Shown here: piece after piece, positions 22,432 to 38,007 of the stretch | Position numbering within the stretch: the stretch's first letter is position 1 | Layout of the letters: every line of letters starts with the position of its first letter | Source: Adineta vaga | Taxonomy: Eukaryota; Animalia; Rotifera | Direction: 5' to 3' | DNA: 64,000 nucleotides | NCBI GenBank assembly: GCA_021613535.1 | Contig: CP075495.1 | Span: forward strand, 9,858,001 to 9,922,000 | Notes under the pieces: generated by a model | Seen by the model: the letters and a program-made list of their open reading frames with translations, nothing else | Databases searched by the model: none | What the model was told of the DNA's origin: nothing | Program-made: the position numbers and the translations under genes

Positions 22432-25400
22432 TTATCCATTATGTCGAAGAGTTGTTCCAATAGTTGTTTTGATATTTGAACTAATCGCCATGTGTTTCTT
22501 TGTGGTTGGCGATATTTTCTTCGTTGATCCAAGTTGTTTTTTAGTTGTTTTTGTTGTAATTTTAGTTATCGGTTGAGTGTGAATTAATTTTGTTAGAGAA
22601 GTAGGTTTAGACGTTGTCGTACTCGGTTTTTGCAAACGAGTTGTAGTTGCAGTTGTTGCTGGTTTCTTCGTCGTTTTCGTTAATAAAGTTGATTTTTCGA
22701 CACGTTTAGTTGTTTTAGAAGTTTTTGTCACTTGTGTTAGAAAAACTTTAGTGTATAATGATACAGCAGTAGATTGTTTTGAGGCAGTATTTAATTTTTT
22801 ATGAATGGATTCATTTGGACAATGTGATGGAATACAACGACGAATTGATAAAGGTCGTTCGTGTTGATTACATATCGATGAGCTACAGGATACTCGTCGC
22901 GTGACTGTAGCATTGTGGCATGGTCCTGTACACTTTGCACGCAAAAAAAAACTCAGATTAACACAAATAAAAGAAATGTCATTCGATTAAATTTAGATCT
23001 AATAATTATTTAGAAAGTGCTTTGACGAAAGGACAGAATTTATGTCAATATTTTAATTAGATTTTGTCTATGTATCGTAGAATATTAAGTTTGATACGTA
23101 AATAGAATATTTTTTTTCATTTTCATTTAATAAATATTAGATCTTTGTGAGCTACTCATTGTCGGATGATAAAAGTGGGCGTTATGTCAGCGTATCTTCA
23201 TTACTACAACGTCACTATTTACCGGGAGAAAACAAATATTTTTAAATTTATTCTGAACTTTAGAAATGTTTTTAATTATTATGTCCTATATTGATAAAAT
23301 ATACTAACATTATCTGACCAATGTGTAACAATCCATTGACCACATAGAGCATTACATGGCCGTCGATCGATTGGTTTGGATTTTTCATCAGCTGTACAAA
23401 TTGAATTGATATCGTGTGAAATACATGTTACAAGACGATATTGCATCGCACAAGGATTTGATGATGAACAATTCTAAAGAGAATTTTTTTTCTTTTGTTT
23501 CTTTTTTAATAAAAATGTCAACTTACTCCTGTCCATTCACCCACATCCCATCGATTGTACGTTTTTAAAGAACTACATTTCGGTATTGTTGATGAGATAT
23601 TTTCAGGACATTGTCTTGTTATTTGTGGAATTGAAGAAAGCCAACGAATACATATACTTGTAGGAATTGTATGTATTTTATTATTTGATATAGTTCGTAC
23701 ACAGAGAAGACTTCGTCGTTGTATAGCTTCTTGAGGCCAGCAACGTCCTTGACAAGAACGCCATGCACCAGTATGCCAACGTGGAGCTGATGAAGTTGAT
23801 ATGGAACAATGCGTATGTCGACATTTAATTGGATGAGGTTTCGATTTCATATCACATAGTTGATCAGACACAACAATTAATTCATTTTGTTCCGATTTAA
23901 AAATACATTGTGGTTGACGCGTTGTACATGAACATTCATCATAGGTTTCATTTTCAAATGTCCATATATAATAATTACGAAATGATTTTGTTTTATTTAA
24001 TAAAGTATTATTCAATAATTCCCAATGAATAAATTTAATTTTTACAAGATCATTGTTAAGAATAAGAAGCATAATATTCATAGGTTCATTTAATGGAGAA
24101 CCACGACCTTCAATTATTTCTTGTTTTGATCCTCGTTCATACCATATTTTTGTTTCGCCTATCTGAAACGTTTTATGACTTATGATTGAATGATTTCCAT
24201 TTAAATAAAATCGATCTAAATTATATTGAATCGATGAATAAATTCATGTCTACAAATACAAAACTAACCTTTTATTTTAATTGCTAAAAAACTATTTGAT
24301 TGCGATGGTTTTTCAATTTGAAATGTACTTATACCTTTAGCTATACTACCAATTTTAACATATGATCCTAATGGAATTGTTTGAGTTTTTTTAAATGATA
24401 TTATTTTGATTATTTCCTGACAATGACTTCGATTTCCATTACATATTCCACATTCATCTTCGACAGCTTTGGAATATAATTGATTATCGCAACCTAATTT
24501 CTATTCAACAAAATTTCTTTAAAATTCAATTTATCAAAAAGCATAATCTTACTTGACATTGACCTGTAATACACATTCCATTATAATGTATGAAACTGTC
24601 ATCATTACTTTCAATAGTACATGGAGTTCCATCACGAAATTTAATCGATTCGATTTTGCCAACTTCATCACCTGTTAATGTAATATTCGAATTAATGGAT
24701 ATACTACTATTCGTATCAAGAGCTAATGATGAAAGAATTGGTGTACAAAAAACCATACAACGTAAAGAATTAAACCATGGTACAGTTTTCCATTTCGTTC
24801 CATTGGATTTCGAATTTAATTCTTCACAATTTAAATGAGATTCATGTTTATGATTTTCAACTGGTCGTTTTTTACAAGCCTAGTTTGAAACGAATTTCTT
24901 TTTTCAATATAAAAATTATAGAGAGAATAAAAGAACATCTTACAGCAAGAGTACAAGTACGATATCGTTTACGTGCACCTAAACAATGTTTCCCACCGAA
25001 ATCTGGTCTAAATAATCAAGAAAATTCGAATTCATTCATATGATAATTTAGTTTTCATCTTTTACTTTGGATTTGTACATTTTCTTTGCTGATATTCAAC
25101 ACCTAAACCACATGTATGTGAACATGAACTCCAAGGAGTCCATGGACTCCAGCCACCATTGATTGGTGGAGTTTCAGCACGATAATTCATTGGAGTACAT
25201 CGACCATGTAAACACCACTAAAACCAAATTCGAAAATTTATATTCTAAAAAAACTCTTTTCGTTTATAAAACACTTTATTTGAACCACATAGAGTTCCAT
25301 CAGCTGGTTGATTTGTCATTGATGATACACATACCGATCGTCCTTCATGAAGTCTTGTACACATCATATGATGACATACGTCCTAAATTAAAATATTTAT

Positions 25401-27123
25401 TTAATACATCTCTACATAGTTTCTTACAATCGGTGGTTCATCACCAAGAAAACAGTAAGTTGATTGTGGTCCTAATGCTAGACGACATTGTTCATCAAGA
25501 TCATAGATAATACCAGGTAATATATCATCAAATGGTAGACTGGTCGTTGGCTTATTATTGAGACATTGTGCTGAACCTTGACTAGAAAAAATAATTTCAA
25601 AAAATAAGTAGATTGTCATCGAAGTTAATGATCGATTCTGTTTTACTCAAAGAAATCCGTTAGATTATCACGACTACATTTTGACCACATCTTTATTGGT
25701 ACTGTTGAATAACTTGGCACCATAATTGTATCACTATTTCCTAGACCTGCATCTAATCGACAATGATCTTTATCACCATCATGACTCATTCCAAGACTAA
25801 ATCAATCAGATATAAATTCTCAACAGTCGTCAAACAATACGAAAGACCAATCGAAGATTCTTACTTATGTCCTATTTCATGTGCAACGGTAAAAGCAGAA
25901 ATAAGACCGAGATCTTGATTAATATTACAACTTCGATTTGTTACACACATTCCAGCCATATGAGCAAGACCAATAGTTGAACAACTTGAATTTTCATGAC
26001 ATAACGATTTCCTAAAATATTCTATGAAATATCTAAATCGATTGATATTCGATCATACCTTGTTAAAAAAACTGCAACATCATGATTAATTGTTCGATTT
26101 TTTTCCTTAGTCTTTTTCAAACGTTCTTGCCATTCACAAAAGTTATTCAATGTTTCATGTGATTTGGATGCCATTTGAAAATCCGACTAAATCAAAAATC
26201 TAAATTCTTATTTGCATTCAATTTTCGTTCATCGTACTTGATTTGTCAGCATTATAATTCGTGTAAGCACAATTTCAACGGGATACCCAAGACTGACATG
26301 TGAATAGATATTATTCACCATATTCATCATTGTTAATAGATATAGTTCAGTAATTTGAGGATGTGAAAAGAATTCTGTTACACTAGCATCAGCAACAAGT
26401 AATGTTTCAATGAATCGTTCACGAATAACAGAACGACGTTGTCGCTGATTATATGCATTCGAATGATTCATATTTAACGAAGAATTTACTTCACATTTCC
26501 AAAGATGATTTGAAGTGAAAAGAGTTTTACGTTGATAGGTAAGAATATATGATTCTCTCTGAGCATCGTTATTATCAATGATTGGTTCTAAGAAATAATT
26601 GATTCCATCGTGAGTATGATGAATTAAACCAGTCTACAATCACAAAAATCTCTTTTTTTCAATAAATAATCAAATAAATATCATCTTACTAAATCAGGAC
26701 AGATGGACATTGCAACCATCGATGTTGATTTTCCCCAATGACGTACTGAACCAGAATAGAATAAACATTTTGTTGTTTCACTCTCCATTCGAATTTCATC
26801 ATATTCTATTGAGATAGGTGATTTGAAATGTTCATTTAATTCAAGATCAAGAATAAATGATGTCGAATTTTCATTTTGTCGATAAATCATATAAGACATA
26901 TATGTACGTCGATAGTTCCATTGACCATCATCGATCGGTATAACTTTCACTGATTCGACAATCCAATCTTTATTTGTAGAAATCAGTTCTTAATACAATG
27001 ACAATTGAATTCAATCGATTTAACTAAAAATGATTTCATTTGCGTACCTGATGATCGAAAAAGTGACGATATAGTTGCACTTGATGACCAAATAAAAAAC
27101 AAGGGAACAACTGCATAGAACAT
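22432..27123 (-). CDS. ADAMTS-family metalloprotease
   Basis: Signal peptide, prodomain, furin site [15 protein letters not shown], zinc motif [15 protein letters not shown] with Met-turn TIMVP, disintegrin-like YDLDEQC, TSP1 [14 protein letters not shown], Cys-rich DGTPC, spacer, further TSP1 repeats and a Thr/Lys-rich tail. Confidence 0.93.
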
Positions 27124-27906
27124 GTTTCGTCTGCACTTCCTTCTCTGCCTATCGACTGAATGAATGAACACAACAAATCATGCATATATTTATTCTCTCG
27201 AGAAATACGTGACTAGAGTATTTTTTTAATCATATACATTCATGATTGTATACAAGTAGATAAAAAGAAACCAAATGCAATTATACATATACAGAATTAA
27301 TTTAGAATTGAATTTGATGACGATGATGGTAATAAGTTAGTAAGTACATGGTACTGATTTATGTAATAATACTTCACTTTCTGACTAATTGAAGATCTGT
27401 ATTTAGAAAGAGTTCCATATATTATTATCTACAAGTCGTTATGTAGATGTTGAAGAAACAAGTTCCTAACAGATTATAAATGAATGATTAACCTGTTTAG
27501 ATATCTGCTGATATCGAATTGATGAACACATGTGAAATCTTTCCATAAATCGATTACTTATAGTTTTTATTATTAGTGAAGATAACATACTGTTTCTGTC
27601 GTAATAGAAGATGAAAAGTAAAGACATCCTGTTACTTTTCACGCATGTATTCATTCAGTTGTCTAATTAGGATGATATACCTGTAGGAATGAAAACTATG
27701 AATTATTATGTTCAATAAACTAAATAGTTGTTAACATGATTATTTCTGTCAGTATATTAACGAAGAAGTAAAAAGAAATATTTTACTTCATGTGCTTTTA
27801 AAGTAATAACTTTTTATAAGTTCTCAAATACATATGAATAAAAAAATAAATAAGTTCTGACGAAATATATAAGTACAATTAAACAATAGTAGTTGTATAT
27901 CGTATA

Positions 27907-28456
27907 TTAATTTGAATTAGGCGTATTTGTATTACTCAATTCTGACGTTGGTTCTAAGAAAAAAAATACAAGATTCAAGAAAATATGCATACTAAACTTT
28001 TGCTCACGTAATTTAACGGCTAAGATAATACCAATTACACCACCGACAAAAAGTATGGCCAAAAGAACTAAACTGATGATCAGACAGCGTGTAGTATAGA
28101 ACTGTTTGCTAGAATAGAAATAGAGAAAAAAAACAATACAAATAATGATATTAATCGATTTGAATTTACTCTGGAATCGATTCTATATTCGATGGTTTGA
28201 TTGTAACCTTCTTTGGTTGTTGTAAAACTGTTCTTTGTTTTTTGCTTGGTACACTACTTAACCAACTGTCCACAGACTAAAATTCAAGATATTTATATGC
28301 ATAGTTTTGTCTAGTTTCTTCTCTTCGATGGATACAGACTGAACGAATAGGAGAATCGATAGATTCTTGCAATTTATTTACAAACGCTTTCGGTTTAACA
28401 ATACGTATAACTTGAGTTTGTCGAGTATTTCTTGAAATTTTTGATACTTTCGTCAT
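27907..28456 (-). CDS. Small basic single-pass (type II or tail-anchored) membrane protein, 4 exons, absent from the ORF track
   Basis: In-phase splicing gives MTKVSKISRNTRQTQVIRIVKPK...SVDSWLSSVPSKKQR...KQFYTTRCLIISLVLLAILFVGGVIGIILAVKL...NTPNSN*, with GT-AG introns of about 55-65 bp. Confidence 0.6.
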
Positions 28457-29255
28457 TGAATCAATTTTCGGCTAATGAAATGTTGTTACTACAATTTATG
28501 GGTTTTTTCAATACTTAAGAAATTCTTTTTATATCATGGTAAACAATGTAAAATAAAGGTTTCGTCTCTTTTGTATGATTCGATCATATAGAAATGATAT
28601 TTCACGTAGGTGCTATACACAATAAATTACTTGGAAGAAAATTACTTATCGAAATACAATGTGTTGACTTATAATCCGATGTAATGGACTATCGATTGTT
28701 CGATATAGTCGAGGGTCTATTGATTATTTTTGATTGAATGTACCAAACGACGAAAATACTAGATTTTTCTTTACAATATTTGATGAATTTTGAGGATTCA
28801 CTGATTACTATTCATGAGAAAAATTCATATTCAACATTTGTTTTTGAATGAATATATGTTAATCAAAGAAAAAAATAATATTGATCTTTTTGAAAATTAT
28901 TTTCTTTGAACATATTTGTAAGAAAAACGTACAAATTTGATAAAGATATTTATTGAATTTATAATCCAAATCATAATCATATATAATATTGTAGCTATTC
29001 AATGCATAGTTGAATAAGTTCGAGTTCATTTTCTCGCATGGTTTCTATTAAAAAGTTCAATTGATAATTGAAATAAAACGAATATTTTATTCGTAACTAT
29101 ACGTAGTGCGTATAAGATTACATGTGTGATGATGACGCGTATGAAAACAATGAAGATGTTTTGTTCGATTCTTTATATATGTGAATTATTTTCTCTCTCC
29201 ATTCTTCATCTTTCTATCTGGGCAATTTGTTCTCCGACCTCTATTTCTTTTCCAA

Positions 29256-30169
29256 ATGGATATTAATCATCGATTACATAATGTTGAACAATCATCGACA
29301 GTTCATGTTCATCAAGCTGAAAAATTTCATGCCGAAGCTACACATGTAAAATCAAAGTCCTTTTTCTTTGAATGAAAAATATATTTTGTATATCTTGTTT
29401 TTAGTTATCATCACTTTTGGAAAAATCTTTTCTTGAAGCCGAACAATTCATAAATAATCGTATGCAAATTTTAGCATCACAAAATCATGATACAAATCAA
29501 CGATTAGAAAATGAACAAGCACTTTTAGCAGCAACACGTTCAAAACTTGATACAACCTTGACAAAATTAACTCAATGTCATCAAGAAGCCATACGTTTAC
29601 AATCAAATACCGATGCACGTTTTCGTTTAATGATAAATACTGCTAAAGGTCGTTTGGAACAAGTTGAACGACTTAAAACGAAAATGATTCGTTATGAAAA
29701 TTCACTTGAAATAGCATCACCTATCAGTGAAGATACGGAGATTATTTTATCGAAATCAGAACATTCAACAACACGAAAATTTCAAGTAATAACAAAGACG
29801 AAATTTAATTTTAATTTCTCTACTTGTTTTTTTTTTCTTTCTATTCAGAATGAATTGAAACGCGTGACAGATCAATTAAAAAATCTTCTCGATCTAAGTA
29901 AAGAAACTCGCAATGAAACACAAATCTTACATGGACAATATGATACAGATGTAAACCGTCAAATGGCTGCATTAATGCGACATGATAAAACTGAACGAGA
30001 GCAATTGAGTATCCTGATTGAACATAAACAAAGTTTATTACGTGAAATCGATTGGATACGTGAACAGAAAAAGATTATCGATAATTTTATAACTAAAATG
30101 GCTCCAACACTCGATAAATGTTTATGTGATGGACCATCAAACACTCATATGAATCAGTCCATTCGATGA
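29256..30169 (+). CDS. Coiled-coil protein of unknown function (3 exons)
   Basis: MDINHRLHNVEQ..., introns at about 29346-29404 and 29786-29848, heptad-rich Q/E/K/L sequence. Confidence 0.7.
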
Positions 30170-30626
30170 TTGTACGATCGTGTTATTTTTAATAAATATC
30201 TAAACGATGAAAACGAAAATCCGAGACTTTTATTGATATTTTTTTCAAAATAATATAACATTAACTTATTAATCCGAAAAGACAGCGTAGTTGACTTAAT
30301 TTATATGTATCTAGTTTGATACATTATAGTGTGTGAATATATTTTGATATTTGTATCGACATATAAACATAAAACATTGACAAATCAAGCATGACGATCA
30401 TTTATACATATTTTACATGTGACTTTTGTTGTAAATAAATATTCTCTTTTTCATCGTCACACCTGCACAGCAGACATTACGTAGAAAGAATATTATTTGT
30501 GCCTCAAATGATGGAAAAACATACGATACGAAACTATTCATTTATTGTAAAATTTATTTATATATTTACAGCTAGCTTATTTTCTAGATATAGGTTTTTT
30601 TTTCGTTCAAAACTTCAGCAGTACTT

Positions 30627-32532
30627 ATGGTGACTGGGATGGAAACCAATACGTATAGCAAAGAAGAAGAGGAGGAAGAAAAAAATGCTGATGTACATCT
30701 TCTTCATGAAATGGGTTATTTGCAAGAACTTTATCGTGGCTTTTCACCGTTGATGTCATTTACATTTTGTTTCACCGCAGTGAATGTATTATCATCAATA
30801 TCCGTAGGTTTTAATTTCACATTGAATACGGGAGGTTCGGCAGTAGCTGTTTATTCTTGGTTAATTGGATCGATATTTACTATGTTTGTTGGTCTCTCTC
30901 TAGCAGAGATTTGCTCAATATATCCAAGTGCTGGATCGGTTTATCATTGGTAATCCTAATAAAACATTCTACTATTACAAATACATAACAACTATTTTCA
31001 TATCAATCAGGGCTGGTCAATTAGTATCTCCTCAACGAGCACCATTGGCATCTTTTATTTGTGGATGGTTTAATTTTATTGGAAATTTTGCAGGTATATA
31101 TCAATTCAAGATTTTACTCGTTGTTGTATTGTTACTATCTAATAGGTGATGTTGCATTAGCATCAGGTTTTGCAAAGCTCATCAATTCAGCACTTATTAT
31201 TAGTAATAAACCATCATTGAGTAATGAGACACAAGTGGCGATTGGTATCGGTATCTTATTTCTCTGGTGTTTACAAAATGCTCTTCGTGTCGATCAAAAC
31301 GGATGGTTAAATAATATCGCTGCACTTGTTCAAGTAGCATCTTCGATTATTGTGATCCTAGTTCTATATACAGCAAGTGGTCAACGAGCTACAGTTCACG
31401 ATGTATTTACATCAACATATAATGAAACAGGTTTTCCATTTATATATGTATGTTGTATTAGTCTTCTGTCCACATTATTCTCATTTTCGGGTTATGAAGG
31501 TAACATAGTACACTCTAAGATGACTTCAACTTAGAATTATATATTCGCTTCTATAGGTGGTGCTCATATGGCCGAAGAAACACGTGGAGCAAGTGTAGCA
31601 GGTTAGTTTAGCATGATAAAAACAAGCAATCGTCCCTTAATCATAGTTTTTTATTAGCTCCGAGAGGCATTGTTGCTACATGTCTATGTAGTGCTATTGT
31701 TGGTGCTATTTATCTATTGGCTCTTCTTTTTGCAATACCAAATGTTGAAACCTTTATGAAACGTTATGGTGAAAAGAGCGATACAATGAATTTAGCTGTA
31801 ATTGTCTATCAAACAGTCGTACCAGGATATGGTGCGTTGGTATTAACTATTCTCCTCATTATGAATCTTTATGTTGGTGGAATGGCTTCTGTTACAGTTA
31901 CTAGTCGTATAGGGTATTTCAAAATTTTACTTTGACCGAGAAATATCAATCTAAATTTCATTTATTACTTTCTAATTAGATTTGCCATGGCTCGAGATGG
32001 TGTCTTTCCATTTTCATCCTATTTACGTTGGATATATCAAGGAACTAAAACTCCATTGGGAAGTATTCTATTTGTATTTGTTATTGACAGTTCGCTTCTT
32101 TTAATGCAACTTGTATCTGCATCATTGTTTACGAATTTTATTGCTATTGGAACAATTGGTCTCCAAGTATCTTATTTACTACCAATTGTTTTTCGTTGCA
32201 CTTCAGCTCGAAAGACATTTCCATTAGGCGAATTTAATATAGGTCGATTTAGTTTACCAGTAGCGATTATTTCATCGATATGGCTAACTATAACATCAAT
32301 CTTTATGTTTTTTCCAATCCATTATCCTATAACAACGGACAATATGAACTATAGTATTGTAGTCTTTATTAGTGTATCGATACTGGCAGGAAATTATTGG
32401 TTGATATCAGCACGTCATTGGTTTGTTGGTCCTCCACGAGCAGAGCATAATACACCTTTGATACCACTTGGAGAAATGTCAAGCGGAAATAAATTTATCA
32501 AAGAATCTTTGTCAGACAAAATATTTCAATAA
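30627..32532 (+). CDS. APC-superfamily amino acid/GABA/choline permease (BAT1/UGA4/TPO5-like), about 6 exons
   Basis: MGYLQELYRGFS, GGSAVAVYSW, SLAEICSIYPSAGSVYHWAG, CGWFNFIG, FSGYEGGAHMAEET, SRIGFAMARDGVFPFS and SARHWFVGP are characteristic ACT-family motifs; about 12 TM segments. Confidence 0.9.
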
Positions 32533-33458
32533 TAAATTTCAATTTACGATACGAATATAATAAAACTCTTTTAGTTCAAATACTATAAATTTTAGTTAAT
32601 ATTTAATTGATTTAAAAGAATTCATTTCATTCTCACTGACTTATTCTAAGTGAATAGTTATGAAATGTAAATTTTATTTACTTTTCTTCAATGCCAAACT
32701 TTCTATTTTTTCCGCTTCAAACTTCTATATTCCATCGTTCATGAGAAAAAGGGAACTTTCTCCATATGGCGCTATTGATTCGCTTTGAAATAAAAGCAAA
32801 CTATTGTTTCTCATTAACTAACAATCTTCTGTTGCCATTTCTTATTCATTCTATAAATCATAAAAAATATGTTGACATATGACTCAAACGTCATTCTTTA
32901 CTTTTTCGAATGGTACAACAGCTTATAAGCAAATAGAACTCATGTCCATATTTACGAATGTGCTTCTACTGCAAAATAAAATATTTGTCGGACAAAATTC
33001 GTTTTTCTTCTATAATTCCTTGTTAGAGATTTATTTTCGTATTTTTATGCAGAACAAAACCATGCTTCGTTTTCTAGTGACAAAGAAGATGAAGAACGTC
33101 AACGATATCAAGGCCATCTGATGATTAAAACAATTCTTCTTATTCTTTTTCTTCTCGAAAAATTTATTCCTTTATTTATGCGAGAAAAATATCGTTATTT
33201 TACGATCGTATTGTATATTTTTCTCATAAATTATGATTAACTTAAAAAGGAAGAGAGAAAAAATACTTCCAAGAACATAAAAACTTACCGACAAGTGCAT
33301 TAAGCAACGAGAAAGAAACGTTGAGCATGTTGATAATAACAACATTTCTTGATTTTATCGATTAGTAATATATGTTTTTTATTCTCTTCTTTTACTGAGA
33401 TTCTCTCTTTTTCTTTTTTTTTCTACTTCATTACATCGTCTTTCATCATCATTTGATA

Positions 33459-34527
<1,069 letters not shown>

Positions 34528-34640
34528 ATCAACGATGATTTTTTCATTTCAATTTCCTGTTGATATTATATTTTTCTTTCAGTTATTAGTATTATGATGA
34601 AATGATTACAACCATTGTTAATTATCTTTTTATAATATAT

Positions 34641-35633
34641 TTATTGTTTGTACTCAACGAAATTTTTAACGAGGAAAAATACACAAAGAAAAGAAACTTG
34701 AATTATAATTCTGCGATGTAACATAGTTGTACTTGAAGACAAATCATTATTTGAATTTAATTGTTTTCCTTGTGAGGTAGATGACACATCAGAACGAAGT
34801 ATTTCTGTTATAAATGACTGATAATACGCAACTCTTGTATAAACACCAGGTACACCTGTACCACAACCATATTCTCCATAACTTGTTATACCTGCTAATT
34901 GCCATCGTCGATCTTTATAGAGCATCAATGGTCCACCACTATCTCCACGACATGTGTCCTTTCCGCCTTCAGGAAAGCCAGCACAAAATTGAAGAGTATC
35001 ATTAAAAATTGTATTTTGACATAATAAATCTGTTCGTGGTATAGCTTGAATAGTGACTTGTCGAAGTATTTGTGAAGGTATTCGTGACCAAAATTCAGTA
35101 TAACCCCAACCAATAGCAACAAGTTCCGCATCAGCAACAGGATATTCATTTTTATCTAGATCAAAATCTTTCAATGATGGTAAACATATTGTTGAGAGAT
35201 TTGAGTCGATTAAATTCAGTGGTTTATCAAGCCGTAGGATTGCTACATCATTTACATAAGTTCCAGCGCTATAATCTGGATGAACATATATTTTCGAAAC
35301 ATTTCGGAGTTGACCAATGTATGACAAATTTGTAATACCAAAATTTAACGATAAACGTGATAATAAAATAATATCGCTAACACAATGTGCTGCTGTTATA
35401 ACATGTAATGGAGTTAAGAGAGAAGCTCCACATTGATGATAATCATCTCGTCGCAAAGATGCTATCCATCCCCATGTGTGAGATACATTGACTGGTTCAC
35501 CACCGATGATCTTTGATAGAACAATTGTTGGGCGTTTCGAACAACCACATATTGCACGTCGATCACACGTATATTCCCTGGATGTCGTGACATCCCATAT
35601 TGAGCAAAGAATCAAGATAATAAAGATTTTCAT
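34641..35633 (-). CDS. Trypsin-like serine protease 2 (intronless) with GPI-like tail
   Basis: CGCS...K|IIGG, TAAHC, NDVA, DTCRGDSGGP, then a Ser-rich linker and hydrophobic C-terminus. Confidence 0.95.
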   Translation of the reverse strand: MKIFIILILCSIWDVTTSREYTCDRRAICGCSKRPTIVLSKIIGGEPVNVSHTWGWIASLRRDDYHQCGASLLTPLHVITAAHCVSDIILLSRLSLNFGITNLSYIGQLRNVSKIYVHPDYSAGTYVNDVAILRLDKPLNLIDSNLSTICLPSLKDFDLDKNEYPVADAELVAIGWGYTEFWSRIPSQILRQVTIQAIPRTDLLCQNTIFNDTLQFCAGFPEGGKDTCRGDSGGPLMLYKDRRWQLAGITSYGEYGCGTGVPGVYTRVAYYQSFITEILRSDVSSTSQGKQLNSNNDLSSSTTMLHRRIIIQVSFLCVFFLVKNFVEYKQ

Positions 35634-35899
35634 TTTAATATCAACTACAGTATGATAAACAAATGTATATTGTTTACTTCACATTATTCCTATCTATCTA
35701 TATACTATTGACAATAGCCTTGAAAATCAATTCAAGTCCTCATTTTGTTTTCGTATTTTTGCCTTCTTGCGTATTAGATTATTTCTATGACGTTGATGGG
35801 TAATTATCCCATCGGTGTAAAAGGGCACAATTGGTCGTCAAGGACATAAAGATTTAATTGAAAAAATAATAAACAATATTTCGTGTCATCGATTTTCAT

Positions 35900-36932
<1,033 letters not shown>

Positions 36933-38007
36933 TTTATTCGCACTAGTTCTCTATCGTTTCTGTCGATGTCTTCTTATTGACAACAGTGCCATACGATACA
37001 CAATGTATATATGTATATATATATATAATATTTAATGATGACTCTTTTTTTCTACACCTTTCGAACAGACGAGTTTGGAATATGAAATGGAGACGAAATA
37101 TAAAAAGAAGGAGAAAACTGAAGGTTGTCAGTCATTAAATAGCACACATTAAATACGCGAAATCATGATGTAGAAAAAAGAAATGACAAAAAAAATATTT
37201 CTTCTTTAGAAAGAATATTTCTTATTTTGTCGAAGCAAACATTCAAGTGGCAAATGTACTATTTCTATTCATCTATGACACAACTAGAATAATAGAAATA
37301 AATTATCCGTAATCGTTAAAAAGAATTTGATTTCCATCGATTTCTTACCTAATTAAATACTCAATTTAGAAGAATGAATAATTCAATTAATATCTCCTTG
37401 CAAATAAATTCTTTGTTTCTTTAAATCTATTTTTGTGTTCCTTTTTTCTGTTATGTCATTATTTGTCGATCGTGATATGTTCATATTTAATTTTTATGAC
37501 AGAGGATATTTTGTCGAGAAAACTTTAAGTCATGTCACTACAGTGTTTCAATCAATATTACCTTTTCAATGCTTTTTCTTTTGGACTTTTTGTTCTATAG
37601 ACAAAAAAATATCGAAATGTCAATAGAAACTTATTATGAATAAAGAAATTGATAGAAGAAAAGCAATCAAATGGGATGTATTCTTATTAAACAAAATCTC
37701 TTTTTAATCTAATCTTTTATTTTGAAAACATGTTTCTTAGTATATTTCTTTGATTTACTTCAATAATAGCGGAAAAAAAAGACATGTGACGTATTCAATT
37801 CAATGTTCGTGTCTATTATAAAACAGATTTGCTATTTAAATGCGCTAAAAGCGTGTTCTATCCAACTTCATTTATATTTAATCGGCCTAGCACGATACTT
37901 TAAAATAAGCATCATTTATAATTAGATCTAATAGATAAAATAAAGATATCACACGAGAAAAAAAGTAGATGAATAATTATTTTTCAAAAGCAACATAAAT
38001 AGTTGAT

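Noticed and set aside
23160-23260. GC-richer patch in an ADAMTS intron, possible snoRNA
   Set aside because: No convincing C/D or H/ACA boxes on the host strand.
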